This document shows positions 1-9,740 of a DNA stretch of 64,000 nt, piece after piece; the stretch's first letter is position 1, and each line of letters starts with the position of its first letter. Origin of the DNA: Kiritimatiellia bacterium (GTDB lineage Bacteria > Verrucomicrobiota > Kiritimatiellia > RFP12 > UBA1067); contig JAQVSS010000001.1 in the NCBI GenBank assembly GCA_028700415.1, positions 955 through 64,954 of the forward strand, in the 5' to 3' direction. Made by a program: the position numbers and the translations under genes. A model generated the notes under the pieces. It had not been told where the DNA came from and did no database searches. It worked only from the letters and a program-made list of their open reading frames with translations.

Positions 1-722
1 TGCTGCTCACGACAGAGGATGCTGTTGTCGGAAAAGGCGCGGACTCGTATGGCCATATCCAGCAGGAGGGCGGCACGGCCGATATCCGGAATCTCTACCT
101 CAGCATGTCATCACTGCCCGCCAACGCCTCCTACACGCTCAACGGCGGCACCCTGCGGGTGCGGAACGCCATGACCGGGCCGGCCACGAACAACACCGAA
201 AACTTCACGTTCACCGGGGGGACCTTAAGTTTCCTGACGTACATGAACACCCTGCCCACTCTCACCCACGCGGGAGGAACGCTCTCGCCCGGACTCGACG
301 TGGCCGGCAAAAGCACGGTTGACACCAACTATCTTGCGACCTCCCCCTCCGCCCGCCTATCCGTCAACCTAGGCGGCACGTCCCAAGCGAACGCCTTCAC
401 GAACAGCGCCGGGTATTACGATTTACTGAATGTCACGGGGAGAGCCACGTTGGCGGGCGAGCTGGATGTGTCCTTCATCAACGGTTTCGACGCCGCGGTG
501 AAAGCCACCGACAAGTTCTACGTGGTGGCCTCCGGCAGCAATATTGAAGGGGCTTTCGCCAATGTGCCCAGCGGCGGACGGGTCACAACCGCCGAAAGGC
601 ACTCGTTCGCCGTCTACTACGGCAACAACGCCGCGACAACGGCGGCTGGAGAGGACCCCAAAAAAGTGACCCTGACAGGCTTTCTCCACAAGCAATGCGG
701 AACCATCGTTACCATCGACTGA
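1..722 (+). CDS. C-terminal portion of a secreted beta-strand-repeat protein (autotransporter-associated repeat-like). The 5' end lies upstream of the window.
   Basis: Frame 3 is open from nt 3 to the stop at 720-722. The sequence has Asn/Thr/Gly-rich GGTL-type repeats (TLNGGTLRV, FTGGTLSF, HAGGTLSP). ORF track 105..722. Confidence 0.45.
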   Translation, partial: LLTTEDAVVGKGADSYGHIQQEGGTADIRNLYLSMSSLPANASYTLNGGTLRVRNAMTGPATNNTENFTFTGGTLSFLTYMNTLPTLTHAGGTLSPGLDVAGKSTVDTNYLATSPSARLSVNLGGTSQANAFTNSAGYYDLLNVTGRATLAGELDVSFINGFDAAVKATDKFYVVASGSNIEGAFANVPSGGRVTTAERHSFAVYYGNNAATTAAGEDPKKVTLTGFLHKQCGTIVTID

Positions 723-849
723 CCGTACGCGCACTTTCCGATCCACGGGAGGCGCAGTCGCTTTGTCTATTGACCCCCGGAACGTTTTCCGCGCGTTTCG
801 CCTGACGGCATCTTGCCGGTTTCCGCACCGCCGCGTATACTGTTCATCT

Positions 850-1857
850 ATGAACTCACTCCAACGTTACCTCGCAACGCTCAAAGGCCACCCAACGGAC
901 ACGTTGCCGCGTGTGCCAATCCTCATGCAGTTCGCCGCCGAGCATATCGGCTCAAACTATGCCTCCTTCGCCTCCGATTTCCGCGTGCTGGTGGAAGCCA
1001 ACCTCCGCTGCCGGGAAGACTTCGGGATGGATCAAGTCAGCGTCATCTCCGACCCCTACCGCGAAACCCAAGGCTTTGGCGCGGAGATCCAATACATCGA
1101 AAACCACGCCCCTTGCCTCGTACGCCCCCCTCTTTCAGACATTCACGACCTCTCGCCGCTCCGGGTTGACCCCGACCCCTACGGTTCGGAACGGATGTTG
1201 GACCGCCTGCTGGCCGTGCGCGAGTTCCAGTCGCGTGTCGGCGGCGAGTGCTCGATCCTCGGCTGGGTCGAAGGCCCCGCCGCAGAAGCCGCCGACCTTC
1301 GCGGCGTTCAGGATTTTCTCCTGGATCTCATGGACGACGAAAACGCCTCCATAGCCCTCATGGAGCGCTGCATCCGCACCGCGATCCGTTTCGCCGAGGC
1401 TCAGCTCGCAGAGGGGGCCGACACGATCGGCATCGGCGACGCCATCGCCAGCCAGTTGCCGCCCGACCTTTACCGCAATCTGGTTTGGCCCTTGGAGAAA
1501 CGCCTCGTTGAAGCGATCCAAGCCAAGAACGGTCTCGTCAAGCTGCACATCTGCGGGAACATCACCCACCTGTTGCCGCACATCGCTGAGCTGGGTGTGG
1601 ACATTCTCGACATCGATCACATGGTCGATCCGGCCTATGCACGGAAATGTGTCGGGCATGAGGTCGCCCTTGCCGGGCGCGTCGATCCTGTGGCCGACGT
1701 GTTGCACGGCACTCCAGCGGGCATCCGCAGCGCCGTCGCACAGAGCTATGCCGCGACGAAGAATCCGCATCTGGTCATGGCCGGCTGTGAAATCCCGCCC
1801 GGCACGCCGCCCGCAAATCTAAAAGCCCTCTGCGAACCGGTCCCCTACCGGCAATGA
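850..1857 (+). CDS. uroporphyrinogen decarboxylase (URO-D) family protein, MtaA/CmuA-like methyltransferase fold
   Basis: ORF track 763..1857. The family N-terminus MNSLQRYLATLKGHPTDTLPRVPILMQFAAEHIG begins at the in-frame ATG at 850. The C-terminal half (GIGDAIASQL...KLHICGNITHLLPHIAELGVDILDIDH) matches the URO-D family. Confidence 0.7.
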   Translation: MNSLQRYLATLKGHPTDTLPRVPILMQFAAEHIGSNYASFASDFRVLVEANLRCREDFGMDQVSVISDPYRETQGFGAEIQYIENHAPCLVRPPLSDIHDLSPLRVDPDPYGSERMLDRLLAVREFQSRVGGECSILGWVEGPAAEAADLRGVQDFLLDLMDDENASIALMERCIRTAIRFAEAQLAEGADTIGIGDAIASQLPPDLYRNLVWPLEKRLVEAIQAKNGLVKLHICGNITHLLPHIAELGVDILDIDHMVDPAYARKCVGHEVALAGRVDPVADVLHGTPAGIRSAVAQSYAATKNPHLVMAGCEIPPGTPPANLKALCEPVPYRQ

Positions 1858-2051
1858 CAGCCCCTGTTTTCTGACGCGCGGCATTCGGAAAATCTGACAT
1901 AAAAACTTCATCCGCTTGACCATTAGTCGAGGTTCCGGCTACTATCCCTTCCAACGGAACCAGCGCCAGACCCAGAATTTCAGACGCTGCCAACACGACG
2001 GGCGCACAGCGGACGGACGGTAACCCGGCCGCATATACTCCCGATCAGAAA

Positions 2052-2861
2052 GTGCCATTGATGCCCCCTATCCCCATCACCCCACGCCCGGCATGGCCGG
2101 GTAAAGCCGCACCCGAAAAGGGCGAACGTTTGCAGAACGCCCTCTCACAACGAGGCGTGGCTTCGCGGCGTCACGCCGCAGACATGATCGCAAACGGCGA
2201 AGTCTCCGTCAACGGCAAGGTCGTCACCGAACCCGGTTTCCGCGTGCATCCGTACAGCGATAACATCCGCGTTCGCGGCGAGTCTCTGCCGCGGGAGACC
2301 GAGCGCTTGCGCACCATCCTGCTCTACAAGCCGCAAGGCCTCCTCTGCAGCGCGGACAACTCGCGCGGGGAAACGGTCTGCGACCTGATGCGCCCGCACA
2401 TCGCCGAGCGCATCGTGCCGGTCGGACGGCTCGACAAGGAGAGCGACGGCCTGCTGCTGATGTCCAACGACGGCGAACTCACAAACATCATGACCCACCC
2501 CCGGTACGGACACACCAAGACGTACATCGCCCGCGTGGCCGGGCACATGGAAGATCAGAAAATCGAGCTGCTGCGCTCGCGCTTGGAGATCGACGGCTAC
2601 GTGATCCAGCCGGTCGAGGTCGAGGTGCTGAAAGTCGGGCGCGACCACACGCACAAGCTGGCTTTCACGCTCTCCGAAGGACGCAACCGCCAGATCCGCA
2701 AAATGTGCTCACTCGCCCACTTTGTCGTTCTCAGCCTAACCCGCGTGCGCATCGGCCCGCTGAAGATCGGCAACATGCAGCCCGGCGAGTGGCGCGAACT
2801 CTCAGATGCCGAGGTCCGCGCCCTCAAGAAAGTTCCGCACGTGCCGCCAAGGGCAACATGA
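2052..2861 (+). CDS. rluB: 23S rRNA pseudouridine synthase, RluB/RsuA family (S4 RNA-binding domain plus PseudoU_synth_2)
   Basis: S4 motif RLQNALSQRGVASRRHAADMIANGEVSVNG. Catalytic region PVGRLDKESDGLLLMSNDGELTNIMTHP with the conserved Asp. GTG at 2052, alternative ATG at 2061. Confidence 0.8.
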   Translation: MPLMPPIPITPRPAWPGKAAPEKGERLQNALSQRGVASRRHAADMIANGEVSVNGKVVTEPGFRVHPYSDNIRVRGESLPRETERLRTILLYKPQGLLCSADNSRGETVCDLMRPHIAERIVPVGRLDKESDGLLLMSNDGELTNIMTHPRYGHTKTYIARVAGHMEDQKIELLRSRLEIDGYVIQPVEVEVLKVGRDHTHKLAFTLSEGRNRQIRKMCSLAHFVVLSLTRVRIGPLKIGNMQPGEWRELSDAEVRALKKVPHVPPRAT

Positions 2862-2891
2862 GCCATGTGGCCCCCGGGCACGTGCCTGCCC

Positions 2892-4190
2892 CTACGCCAG
2901 CTTTTCGGGCTTGCCCGGGACAGCCCCTTTGAACTCTTCCAGCATCTTGACTTCGCCTTTTTCGAAGTCCTCCGCGCTGATCGGGTTGTTCATGTTGTAG
3001 AACGGCGACGCCGTGTTCGTCAGCAGATCGTCCATGCGCACCATCTGCCCGGTGTAGGCGGCCAGTGTGCCGATCATGCCGCTGGCCGTCGCCATGGCGA
3101 CCTGCTCGCCCTCGTGCAGATAGTTTCCGCTCAGCAATCCGGTGAGGAAATCCGAGTGCTCCATGACGTACATGTTGTCGTCGCGACCGGCAACGGCCTT
3201 TTCGTCGAACGGGAACGGCTCGATTTTGCCGTCCGGACGCAGGATCTTGCTTCCCAGCACATCGGTCTGCCCTGTCGTGCCGCTGAGCATCGTGCAGCAG
3301 CGGTCAAAGCACCCGTTGATCTGGCGCGCCACGGCATGGATGTGCACCCCGTTGCCGTAATCATAGTCAATGCCGAAACAGTCGTAGGTGTTGCCCGTCG
3401 AACGCCGGTGACGCGCGCCGATGCCCATCGCCTGCTTGGGTAGACGCCCGATGAACCAGTTCGCCAGATCGATCTCGTGTACCGCCTGCTCAGTCAGGTG
3501 GTCGGCGGACATCTCGCGGAAATGGTACCAGTTGTTGGCGATGTATGCGGCGTTGGTGTCACCCGGACGGCGCGGGCGCAGATAGTTCGACGTGCTCATC
3601 CCGCCGTGGCAGCGGTACACCACGCCGGCCCGGATCTCGCCGATGATGCCGTTTTGCACCGGGCCGATCATGCGCAGCGCGCGGTTGTTGTGCCGGTGGC
3701 AGGTGCCCGAAAGGATCGACAGCTTCGCCGCCTTGGCCGCTTCGACCGCCTGCAGGAAACGGCGCAGACCTGCGGGGTCGGTCGCGACCGGTTTTTCCGC
3801 AAAAATATGCTTACCCGCCTTGACGCACGCCTCGGCATGGATCGGGCGGAAAAACGGCGGCGCCGCCAGCAGGACGATCTCGGCATCGGTCTCCAAAACC
3901 TTCTTGTAGCCGTTCGCTCCGCTGAAGGCGAACTTCTCGTCGCAACCGTTGGCCTTGCAGACCGCCGCGGCTTTCTCCTGGAAAAAGTCGGCCGCGCCGA
4001 CCAGCACCGCCTTGTGCCCGAGCCGGGCGGCGGCCTGGGTAATCTCCCGCACCGCGCCCGAACCGCGCCCGCCGCATCCGACCACCGCAAACTTGAACAC
4101 ACGCTGCGCCTGCCCAAAACTGATTGACGGTGCCGCCAGAACGGTACCGAACGCGGCGGTCCCTTTAATGAACGCTCTACGATTTTGCAT
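2892..4190 (-). CDS. Gfo/Idh/MocA family NAD(P)-dependent oxidoreductase with twin-arginine (TAT) signal
   Basis: N-terminus MQNRRAFIKGTAAFGTVLAAPSISFG from the ATG at 4190, preceded by GGGAGA. Rossmann motif FKFAVVGCGGRG and EKP motif. ORF track 2892..4223. Confidence 0.85.
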   Translation of the reverse strand: MQNRRAFIKGTAAFGTVLAAPSISFGQAQRVFKFAVVGCGGRGSGAVREITQAAARLGHKAVLVGAADFFQEKAAAVCKANGCDEKFAFSGANGYKKVLETDAEIVLLAAPPFFRPIHAEACVKAGKHIFAEKPVATDPAGLRRFLQAVEAAKAAKLSILSGTCHRHNNRALRMIGPVQNGIIGEIRAGVVYRCHGGMSTSNYLRPRRPGDTNAAYIANNWYHFREMSADHLTEQAVHEIDLANWFIGRLPKQAMGIGARHRRSTGNTYDCFGIDYDYGNGVHIHAVARQINGCFDRCCTMLSGTTGQTDVLGSKILRPDGKIEPFPFDEKAVAGRDDNMYVMEHSDFLTGLLSGNYLHEGEQVAMATASGMIGTLAAYTGQMVRMDDLLTNTASPFYNMNNPISAEDFEKGEVKMLEEFKGAVPGKPEKLA

Positions 4191-4249
4191 CTTTTCTCCC
4201 GTGATCATCCAAACCCTTGACACTCGCCAGACGACATTCGGAACGCGTC

Positions 4250-5227
4250 CTACGCGCCCTGGCCCGCGAAGAACCGGTCCATCAGCGCGCTGTGCTCGGC
4301 ATCCGTGAACCCGCCGCTCTCGATCGTGACCCAGCCGTTATAGCCGACCTCGTCGATCACCTTGCGCACCGACTTCCAGTCGATGCTGCCTTTGCCGATC
4401 GGCACAAAATCGCCGTCGTTCTTCTTCTCGCGGTCGATCTTGAAATCCTTGATGTGCAGCTTCACAATGCTCTTCCCGAGCGTCCGCAGCCACTGCTCCG
4501 TCGGGGCGTAGCGAACGTTATTGCCGAGGTCGAAATACGTCTTGACCCAAGCGTTATCGAACGAACGGGCGAATGCCGCCGCAAAATCGGGGAGCACCCA
4601 CAGGTTGTTCCAGACGTTCTCCACTGCGATGATCACCCCTTCGCGGGCGGCCACGGGAATCAGTTCCTCGATCGCCCGGCTCGACAGTTCCGTCGCCTGG
4701 TTCTGCGCCTCGATGTAAGCCGCGAACGGCGCGTTGTCGCCCTCCACAACGGACTTGACCTTCAGCGTCGCCGGATCGAAATCGATCTTGAACTGGGAGG
4801 GCTTGGGCATGGTGCCGCCCACCCGGCAAGGCACCAGCAGGATGTCAGGCGCGCCGTAAGCCGCCGACACCCGGATGAGCCGTTTCACATCCTCAATGGA
4901 GGCACGCCGTGCGGCTTCGTCCGCGTGGTTGAAATTCGCCCACCCGCCCATAAAGGAGTGGATCTTGAGACCGTGCTTCTCAGCGGTGATCCGCCCCTGC
5001 ACCGCCTGCTCGACGGTCACATCCTTCTTTTGCAGCTCCACACCCGGGAAACCCGCCTTGGCGATCCGCTCGCAGTTCGCATCGTCCGCGACGGGCGTGA
5101 TCAGCGCCTTATGCAACTGGGTCTTGAATGCGCACGCCTCAGCCGCCCGTGCGGCACACGGCAGTCCCGCCGCAACGCCCGCCGCCGCCGCCACTTTTAT
5201 GAAACCCCGCCTGGTGATTCGCATCAT
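4250..5227 (-). CDS. sugar phosphate isomerase/epimerase (xylose isomerase-like TIM barrel) with TAT signal
   Basis: MMRITRRGFIKVAAAAGVAAGLP twin-arginine signal from the ATG at 5227, preceded by GGAGGA. AP-endonuclease-2 TIM-barrel motifs VENVWNN...HIKD. Lies 59 nt upstream of the Gfo/Idh/MocA gene on the same strand. Confidence 0.8.
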   Translation of the reverse strand: MMRITRRGFIKVAAAAGVAAGLPCAARAAEACAFKTQLHKALITPVADDANCERIAKAGFPGVELQKKDVTVEQAVQGRITAEKHGLKIHSFMGGWANFNHADEAARRASIEDVKRLIRVSAAYGAPDILLVPCRVGGTMPKPSQFKIDFDPATLKVKSVVEGDNAPFAAYIEAQNQATELSSRAIEELIPVAAREGVIIAVENVWNNLWVLPDFAAAFARSFDNAWVKTYFDLGNNVRYAPTEQWLRTLGKSIVKLHIKDFKIDREKKNDGDFVPIGKGSIDWKSVRKVIDEVGYNGWVTIESGGFTDAEHSALMDRFFAGQGA

Positions 5228-5386
5228 CTCTCCTCCCGTTTTTGTTACAAACAATCTATACTGGACGAGTTTAAAGTTTTCCGGCCTCGCTGTCAACCTG
5301 CCAACCTGAGGCGCGGCCGTGTCACAACACGTCATACTGCGCACCCCCGGAAACAAGCCGAAACCCTTATTCCGCCCACCCGCCCC

Positions 5387-6409
5387 TCACCGCGCCTCCA
5401 ACTCGACGCGCACCGGGAAATGATCCGAATAGCCGGTCAGGAAGATATCGCCGACCTCTTTGTTCCGCACGCGCCGGAACGGCAACGGCGTCCCCTTCTC
5501 CGAACACTGCGCAGGGCTCTTGAACACGCAATACCCGCCCTTCTTCACGCGCCACGCTGCCGCCGGCTCAACGTCCGTCAGCATGCCGCGCGTCACGCTG
5601 ATCGAATCCATCGCGTTCCACTGCTTGGCCGCAGCATAATAATACGTGGCACGCGCCGCTTCGGACAACCCGCCGGCCAGATTGAAGAGCAGCCGCCCGT
5701 CCGCATCCCCGCGCACACGCCTCTCGTCCGGGACAAGCCCCGCATCCCCCGTCAAAATCGGGGAGGTGAGCGCGTCATTGAAATCGCCCGCGACCAGAAT
5801 GGCCGCCGCCGGGTCCGCCTTCAGCCGCCCGTCCAGATACTTCCGGACTGCCCGCGCCTCCTTGCGCCGGATCTCATCGCTCTCATTTTTCTTCCCGAGT
5901 TGCGACTTCCAGTGGTTCACCAGCACGGTCACCGGTTTTCCAAAAAACTCAAACCCGCACACCAGCACCTCGCGCTGTCCCGCCGCCGCATGAAGCCAGT
6001 TGGTCGCGACGGGCGCTGTCTTGGCCAGCATGGCCACGTCGATTCCCCGTTTTTCGGAACTGTCGCGGTGGATGATCGCCGGCAACGCATACGCATGACG
6101 CTCTTTCAGCTCCTGGACCAGATCCTCGAGGACGCGCCGGTTCTCGATTTCAGTCAGACACAGCACGTCGGGCCGCATCTGAAAAATGATCTCGGACAGG
6201 TGGCGCACCTTCAGCGCGTAACGCGCCTCTGTCCAGCGCATCCAGCCGCGCGGCGTAAACCCGTCATCCCCCTTGTTTGCCGGGTCGTCCACCGTGTCGA
6301 AGAGATTCTCCACGTTCCAACTGGCCACCACCAGCGTGCCGGTCGCGCCCAGCGCGCAGAGCCCCCACATCGCCACCGCGCACACCACCAAAACGCGCCA
6401 CCGCTTCAT
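5387..6409 (-). CDS. endonuclease/exonuclease/phosphatase (EEP) family protein, secreted
   Basis: Signal peptide MKRWRVLVVCAVAMWGLCALGA. EEP motifs VASWNVENLF, LCLTEIE, GDFND, SDHFPV. GGAGGGG precedes the ATG at 6409. Confidence 0.8.
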   Translation of the reverse strand: MKRWRVLVVCAVAMWGLCALGATGTLVVASWNVENLFDTVDDPANKGDDGFTPRGWMRWTEARYALKVRHLSEIIFQMRPDVLCLTEIENRRVLEDLVQELKERHAYALPAIIHRDSSEKRGIDVAMLAKTAPVATNWLHAAAGQREVLVCGFEFFGKPVTVLVNHWKSQLGKKNESDEIRRKEARAVRKYLDGRLKADPAAAILVAGDFNDALTSPILTGDAGLVPDERRVRGDADGRLLFNLAGGLSEAARATYYYAAAKQWNAMDSISVTRGMLTDVEPAAAWRVKKGGYCVFKSPAQCSEKGTPLPFRRVRNKEVGDIFLTGYSDHFPVRVELEAR

Positions 6410-6425
6410 CGTACCCCTCCAAAGC

Positions 6426-7511
6426 CTATTCGCCCGCCTCTAGGGCGGGCACCACATCGAGCCGCAAGGCCGCCTCGCCGCGCACGCCTCCGCCCATCCC
6501 GGCAAGTCCCGCAATCATCGCCGCATTGTCGCCGCAGAAACGCGGCTCAGCCAGCAGCAGCCGCACGCCCGCCCCGGACGCCACCTGCGCCAACCGCTCG
6601 CGCAACCTCCGGTTGAGCGAGACCCCACCGCCGACCGCCAACGCCCGGTAACGCCCCCCCCGCAACGCCCGCTCGCAACGCCCGGCCAACGCGCCGACGA
6701 TCGCCTCCTGATAGGCCGCCACGATCTCCGCGACCTGCCCTTCGTCTTGCGGCGGCTGATCGCGGAGGTGATACATCAGCGACGTCTTCAGGCCGCTGAA
6801 GCTCACGCACAGCTCCGCCCGCAACCCGCCTAACCCCCGGTTGCCCGTGCGCGGGCTCCCCGTGGGAAATGCCACCGCGTCACGCCGCGCCGCCTGTCGC
6901 GCCACGCGGTCGATCACCGGGCCGCCCGGATATCCGAGCCCCAGCAGCTTGGCGGCCTTGTCGAACGCCTCGCCCGCCGCATCGTCCAGCGTCTGCCCGA
7001 TAATCCGGTACGTGCCCGGCTCCGGCACGTCGATCCAACACGAGTGCCCCCCCGAAACCACCAGTGCCAGCAGCGGGCCCGTTTCGCGCGGGTCGGGCGC
7101 CCCCGGAGTCAGGAAAACGGAGTGGACGTGCGCCTCGATATGGTTGATCCCAATCAGCGGTTTGCCCAAACTCAACGCCAGCCCCTTGGCCGCCGAGAGC
7201 CCCACGATCAGCGAGCTCGCCAACCCCGGCCCGTACGTCACCGCGACCGCGTCAACCCTGTCCCAGACCCCAGGCGCCAACTCCGTGTCCGCAACCCCGC
7301 CGCCGGGCGCGAACGCTTCCCTCAACGCCTCCCGGACCACGCCGCCGATCTTCTCCACATGGCTCCGCGACGCGATCTCCGGCACCACACCGCCGTACGG
7401 CTGGTGCAGCGGCACCTGACTGTACACCACGCTCGACAGCACGGAACGCCCGTCCTCGACCACCGCCGCCGCCGTCTCGTCACACGAGGTCTCGATCCCT
7501 AAAACAACCAT
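6426..7511 (-). CDS. tsaD: tRNA N6-adenosine threonylcarbamoyltransferase TsaD
   Basis: MVVLGIETSCDETAAAVV N-terminus, Kae1/Gcp family motifs (HIEAH, GGVSLN) and ASKHA fold throughout. Confidence 0.9.
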   Translation of the reverse strand: MVVLGIETSCDETAAAVVEDGRSVLSSVVYSQVPLHQPYGGVVPEIASRSHVEKIGGVVREALREAFAPGGGVADTELAPGVWDRVDAVAVTYGPGLASSLIVGLSAAKGLALSLGKPLIGINHIEAHVHSVFLTPGAPDPRETGPLLALVVSGGHSCWIDVPEPGTYRIIGQTLDDAAGEAFDKAAKLLGLGYPGGPVIDRVARQAARRDAVAFPTGSPRTGNRGLGGLRAELCVSFSGLKTSLMYHLRDQPPQDEGQVAEIVAAYQEAIVGALAGRCERALRGGRYRALAVGGGVSLNRRLRERLAQVASGAGVRLLLAEPRFCGDNAAMIAGLAGMGGGVRGEAALRLDVVPALEAGE

Positions 7512-7533
7512 GCGTCAGACATCCGTTCCCTGC

Positions 7534-8844
7534 TCAGCCTTTGTTCAGGATGCGGGCGCCCTTGAGCACCTGTTTGGCCCGCTCCAGTTGTTCGTCTTTG
7601 GCGTCCGGAACCATGTTCTTCACGCCCCCCAGCGCCGCGCCGGGCATCTCGTCGTACAACCGCCGCATCTGCGCCTGCCGCCACTCGGCCTTGGAGACCT
7701 GCACCCGCACATCCGGCTCGATCCCCGTGCCGTGAATCATCTTGCCGTCGGGCGTGTAATAATAGCCCGTGGTCAGCCGCAGCGCACAGTCCGGACGCAG
7801 CGCCAACTTGATCACATTCTGGACCGACGCCTTGCCGTACGTCTTTTCCCCTACCAACACCGCACGCTTGTGCGCCTTCAGCGCCCCGGCCACAACCTCC
7901 GACGCGCTCGCGCTCCCGCCGTTCACCAGCAGCGCGATCGGGATCTCCGTGAACCGCCGCCCGCACGGTCCCGCCTCGAACTTCTGCTGCGGCCTCACGC
8001 CGTCGCGCCCGCGCACCGTGACAATCTCCGCCCCCTTGGGCAGCACCTGCCCGGCCACGTCCACGGCCGACTCCAGCAAGCCGCCCGGATTGTCGCGCAA
8101 ATCGATGATGAGTTCCGAGATTTTTTCTTTGTCCAAGTCCGCCAACGCCTGCGCGAAATTTTCCGCCGCAGGCTCGTTGAATTGCGTGATGCGCAAATAC
8201 CCGATGCCGTCCCCCAAAGGCCGCACGCCCTTCACGCTCGCGATCTTGATGTCGTCGCGCACCAGCGCCACGTCCAGTTTCTCACCGTTCGGACGCTCAA
8301 CCGTCACCTTCACAGGCGTGCCCTTTTCGCCGCGCATGGCCTTGACCGCCTCATCCATCGTCGCGCCCGCCAATTTCTTGCCGTCCACCGCCGTGATCGT
8401 GTCGCCCGCGTGGATGCCCGCCTTGAAGGCCGGCGAATCTTCGATCGGCGCGATCACCCTGACCCCGCCGTTATCCACCCCCACATTGATGCCGATGCCG
8501 CCGAAACTCCCGCGCGTATCCTCCTCAAGCTGCGCCAACGGCTGCGGCGGAAGGAACGAGCTGTTCGGATCCAGCGTGCCCACCATCCCCTGGATCGCGC
8601 CGTACACCACGTCTTTGAAAGGTTTTTCCTCCACATAATACCGGCGCACCAGCAACATGGCCTCCGTCAGCACCGCGATCTCGTCAAACGCCGCCTCTTC
8701 TGCCGTCGGCACGGCCACGCCCGCCCTTGTTTTATCCGGGGCCTCCGCCTTCGGCGACGCGCACCCGCAAACGCCGACGGCCAGCACGGCGGCCACCCCG
8801 GCGCTCAACCATCCGCCCTTCAACACCTTGAAAAAACCGGCCAT
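7534..8844 (-). CDS. ctpA: S41 family C-terminal processing peptidase (Ctp/Prc) with PDZ domain and lipoprotein-like signal
   Basis: Start set at the ATG at 8844 (MAGFFKVLKGGWLSAGVAAVLAVGVCGCAS). PDZ segment GIGINVGVDNGGVRVIAPIEDSPAFKAGIHAGDTI. S41 catalytic region GGSASASEVVAGALK...TYGKASVQ. ORF track 7534..9048. Confidence 0.85.
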   Translation of the reverse strand: MAGFFKVLKGGWLSAGVAAVLAVGVCGCASPKAEAPDKTRAGVAVPTAEEAAFDEIAVLTEAMLLVRRYYVEEKPFKDVVYGAIQGMVGTLDPNSSFLPPQPLAQLEEDTRGSFGGIGINVGVDNGGVRVIAPIEDSPAFKAGIHAGDTITAVDGKKLAGATMDEAVKAMRGEKGTPVKVTVERPNGEKLDVALVRDDIKIASVKGVRPLGDGIGYLRITQFNEPAAENFAQALADLDKEKISELIIDLRDNPGGLLESAVDVAGQVLPKGAEIVTVRGRDGVRPQQKFEAGPCGRRFTEIPIALLVNGGSASASEVVAGALKAHKRAVLVGEKTYGKASVQNVIKLALRPDCALRLTTGYYYTPDGKMIHGTGIEPDVRVQVSKAEWRQAQMRRLYDEMPGAALGGVKNMVPDAKDEQLERAKQVLKGARILNKG

Positions 8845-8897
8845 CGTGCCCTCGCTCTTTTCCCAGTATCCACGTCCGTAAACCGCACGTTCCGCTC

Positions 8898-9740
8898 TCA
8901 CCAGAACTTCCACCACGCTTTTTTCTCTTTCACGGACTGCCCGTCCGCCATCTCGCCGTACAACGTCTTGATCCGCTGGGACGCCGAAATCTCCGGATCC
9001 AGCAGCGAGTTGCGCTCCACCACTTCCAGACTGTCGGGCAGCGACCATAAGACCGTCCGGATATACGCATCCTGGGTGGAGCGGTGAACCACCGTCACCT
9101 CGCCGTCCGGCGAGATGTCCAGTTTCGGCGGAACCGTCCGCATCAGCGTCCCCAGGTCAATCGCATCCCACACCTTTTGCCCCGGTTCGTCTTCCGTCCG
9201 GAGGAACAGCCGGTCCGTCTGGTTGCGGTGCCAGTACACCAGTTTGAAAAGCCGCTTGAGCTTCTGCTTGTTGACAAACATCTGCACGCCGTCCTTGACC
9301 GGAATCCCGGGCACCACATCGAAACTTTTCTTGGCCGACTCATACCGCATACCGGCGTGTATCAGGACCAGCCGGATCACATACCGCCCCTCCTTCACCA
9401 GCGGGAACCACTTGTCCAACTCCAGCTTTTGCTTGAGCGCCTGTCCCGGCTTCAACTGGAACGTCCCCGCCAGCGGCGCGGGGTTGAAGCACGGCACCTC
9501 GTTGTACTGACCGCCCAGAGTCACCTCCATCACCAAACGGTCAAGGGAGTTTTTTCCCCCGGCATCGATCATATCGCGGGACGCGTTGAGCAACTCCGCC
9601 TGCAGCAGCACCGGCTCGCCGACCACAAACGCATTATACGCCAGCGTCAGCGACACTTCCATTTGCTGAGCCGACGCACGGCACGCACACACCACCCCAC
9701 ACAGCAAGACCCAAAAACCTTTTTTCATCGCGCTTCTCAT
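8898..9740 (-). CDS. hypothetical secreted protein
   Basis: ORF track 8898..9878. Signal-peptide-like start MRSAMKKGFWVLLCGVVCACRASA at the ATG at 9740 (alternative 9728). High GC3 coding signature. No family recognised. Confidence 0.5.
   Translation of the reverse strand: MRSAMKKGFWVLLCGVVCACRASAQQMEVSLTLAYNAFVVGEPVLLQAELLNASRDMIDAGGKNSLDRLVMEVTLGGQYNEVPCFNPAPLAGTFQLKPGQALKQKLELDKWFPLVKEGRYVIRLVLIHAGMRYESAKKSFDVVPGIPVKDGVQMFVNKQKLKRLFKLVYWHRNQTDRLFLRTEDEPGQKVWDAIDLGTLMRTVPPKLDISPDGEVTVVHRSTQDAYIRTVLWSLPDSLEVVERNSLLDPEISASQRIKTLYGEMADGQSVKEKKAWWKFW

Noticed and set aside
1916-1957. Possible promoter TTGACC-18-TACTAT upstream of rluB
   Set aside because: Weak -10 match and 18-nt spacer. Without expression data this is not distinguishable from chance in this AT-poorer intergenic region.
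4217-6616. 799-aa plus-strand ORF
   Set aside because: Lies antisense to three well-supported minus-strand genes (sugar isomerase, EEP nuclease, tsaD). The Arg/Pro/His-rich low-complexity translation is typical of stop-poor antisense frames in high-GC DNA.
7510-9087. 525-aa plus-strand ORF
   Set aside because: Antisense to the S41 peptidase gene. No domain-like sequence. Arg/Leu-rich composition.
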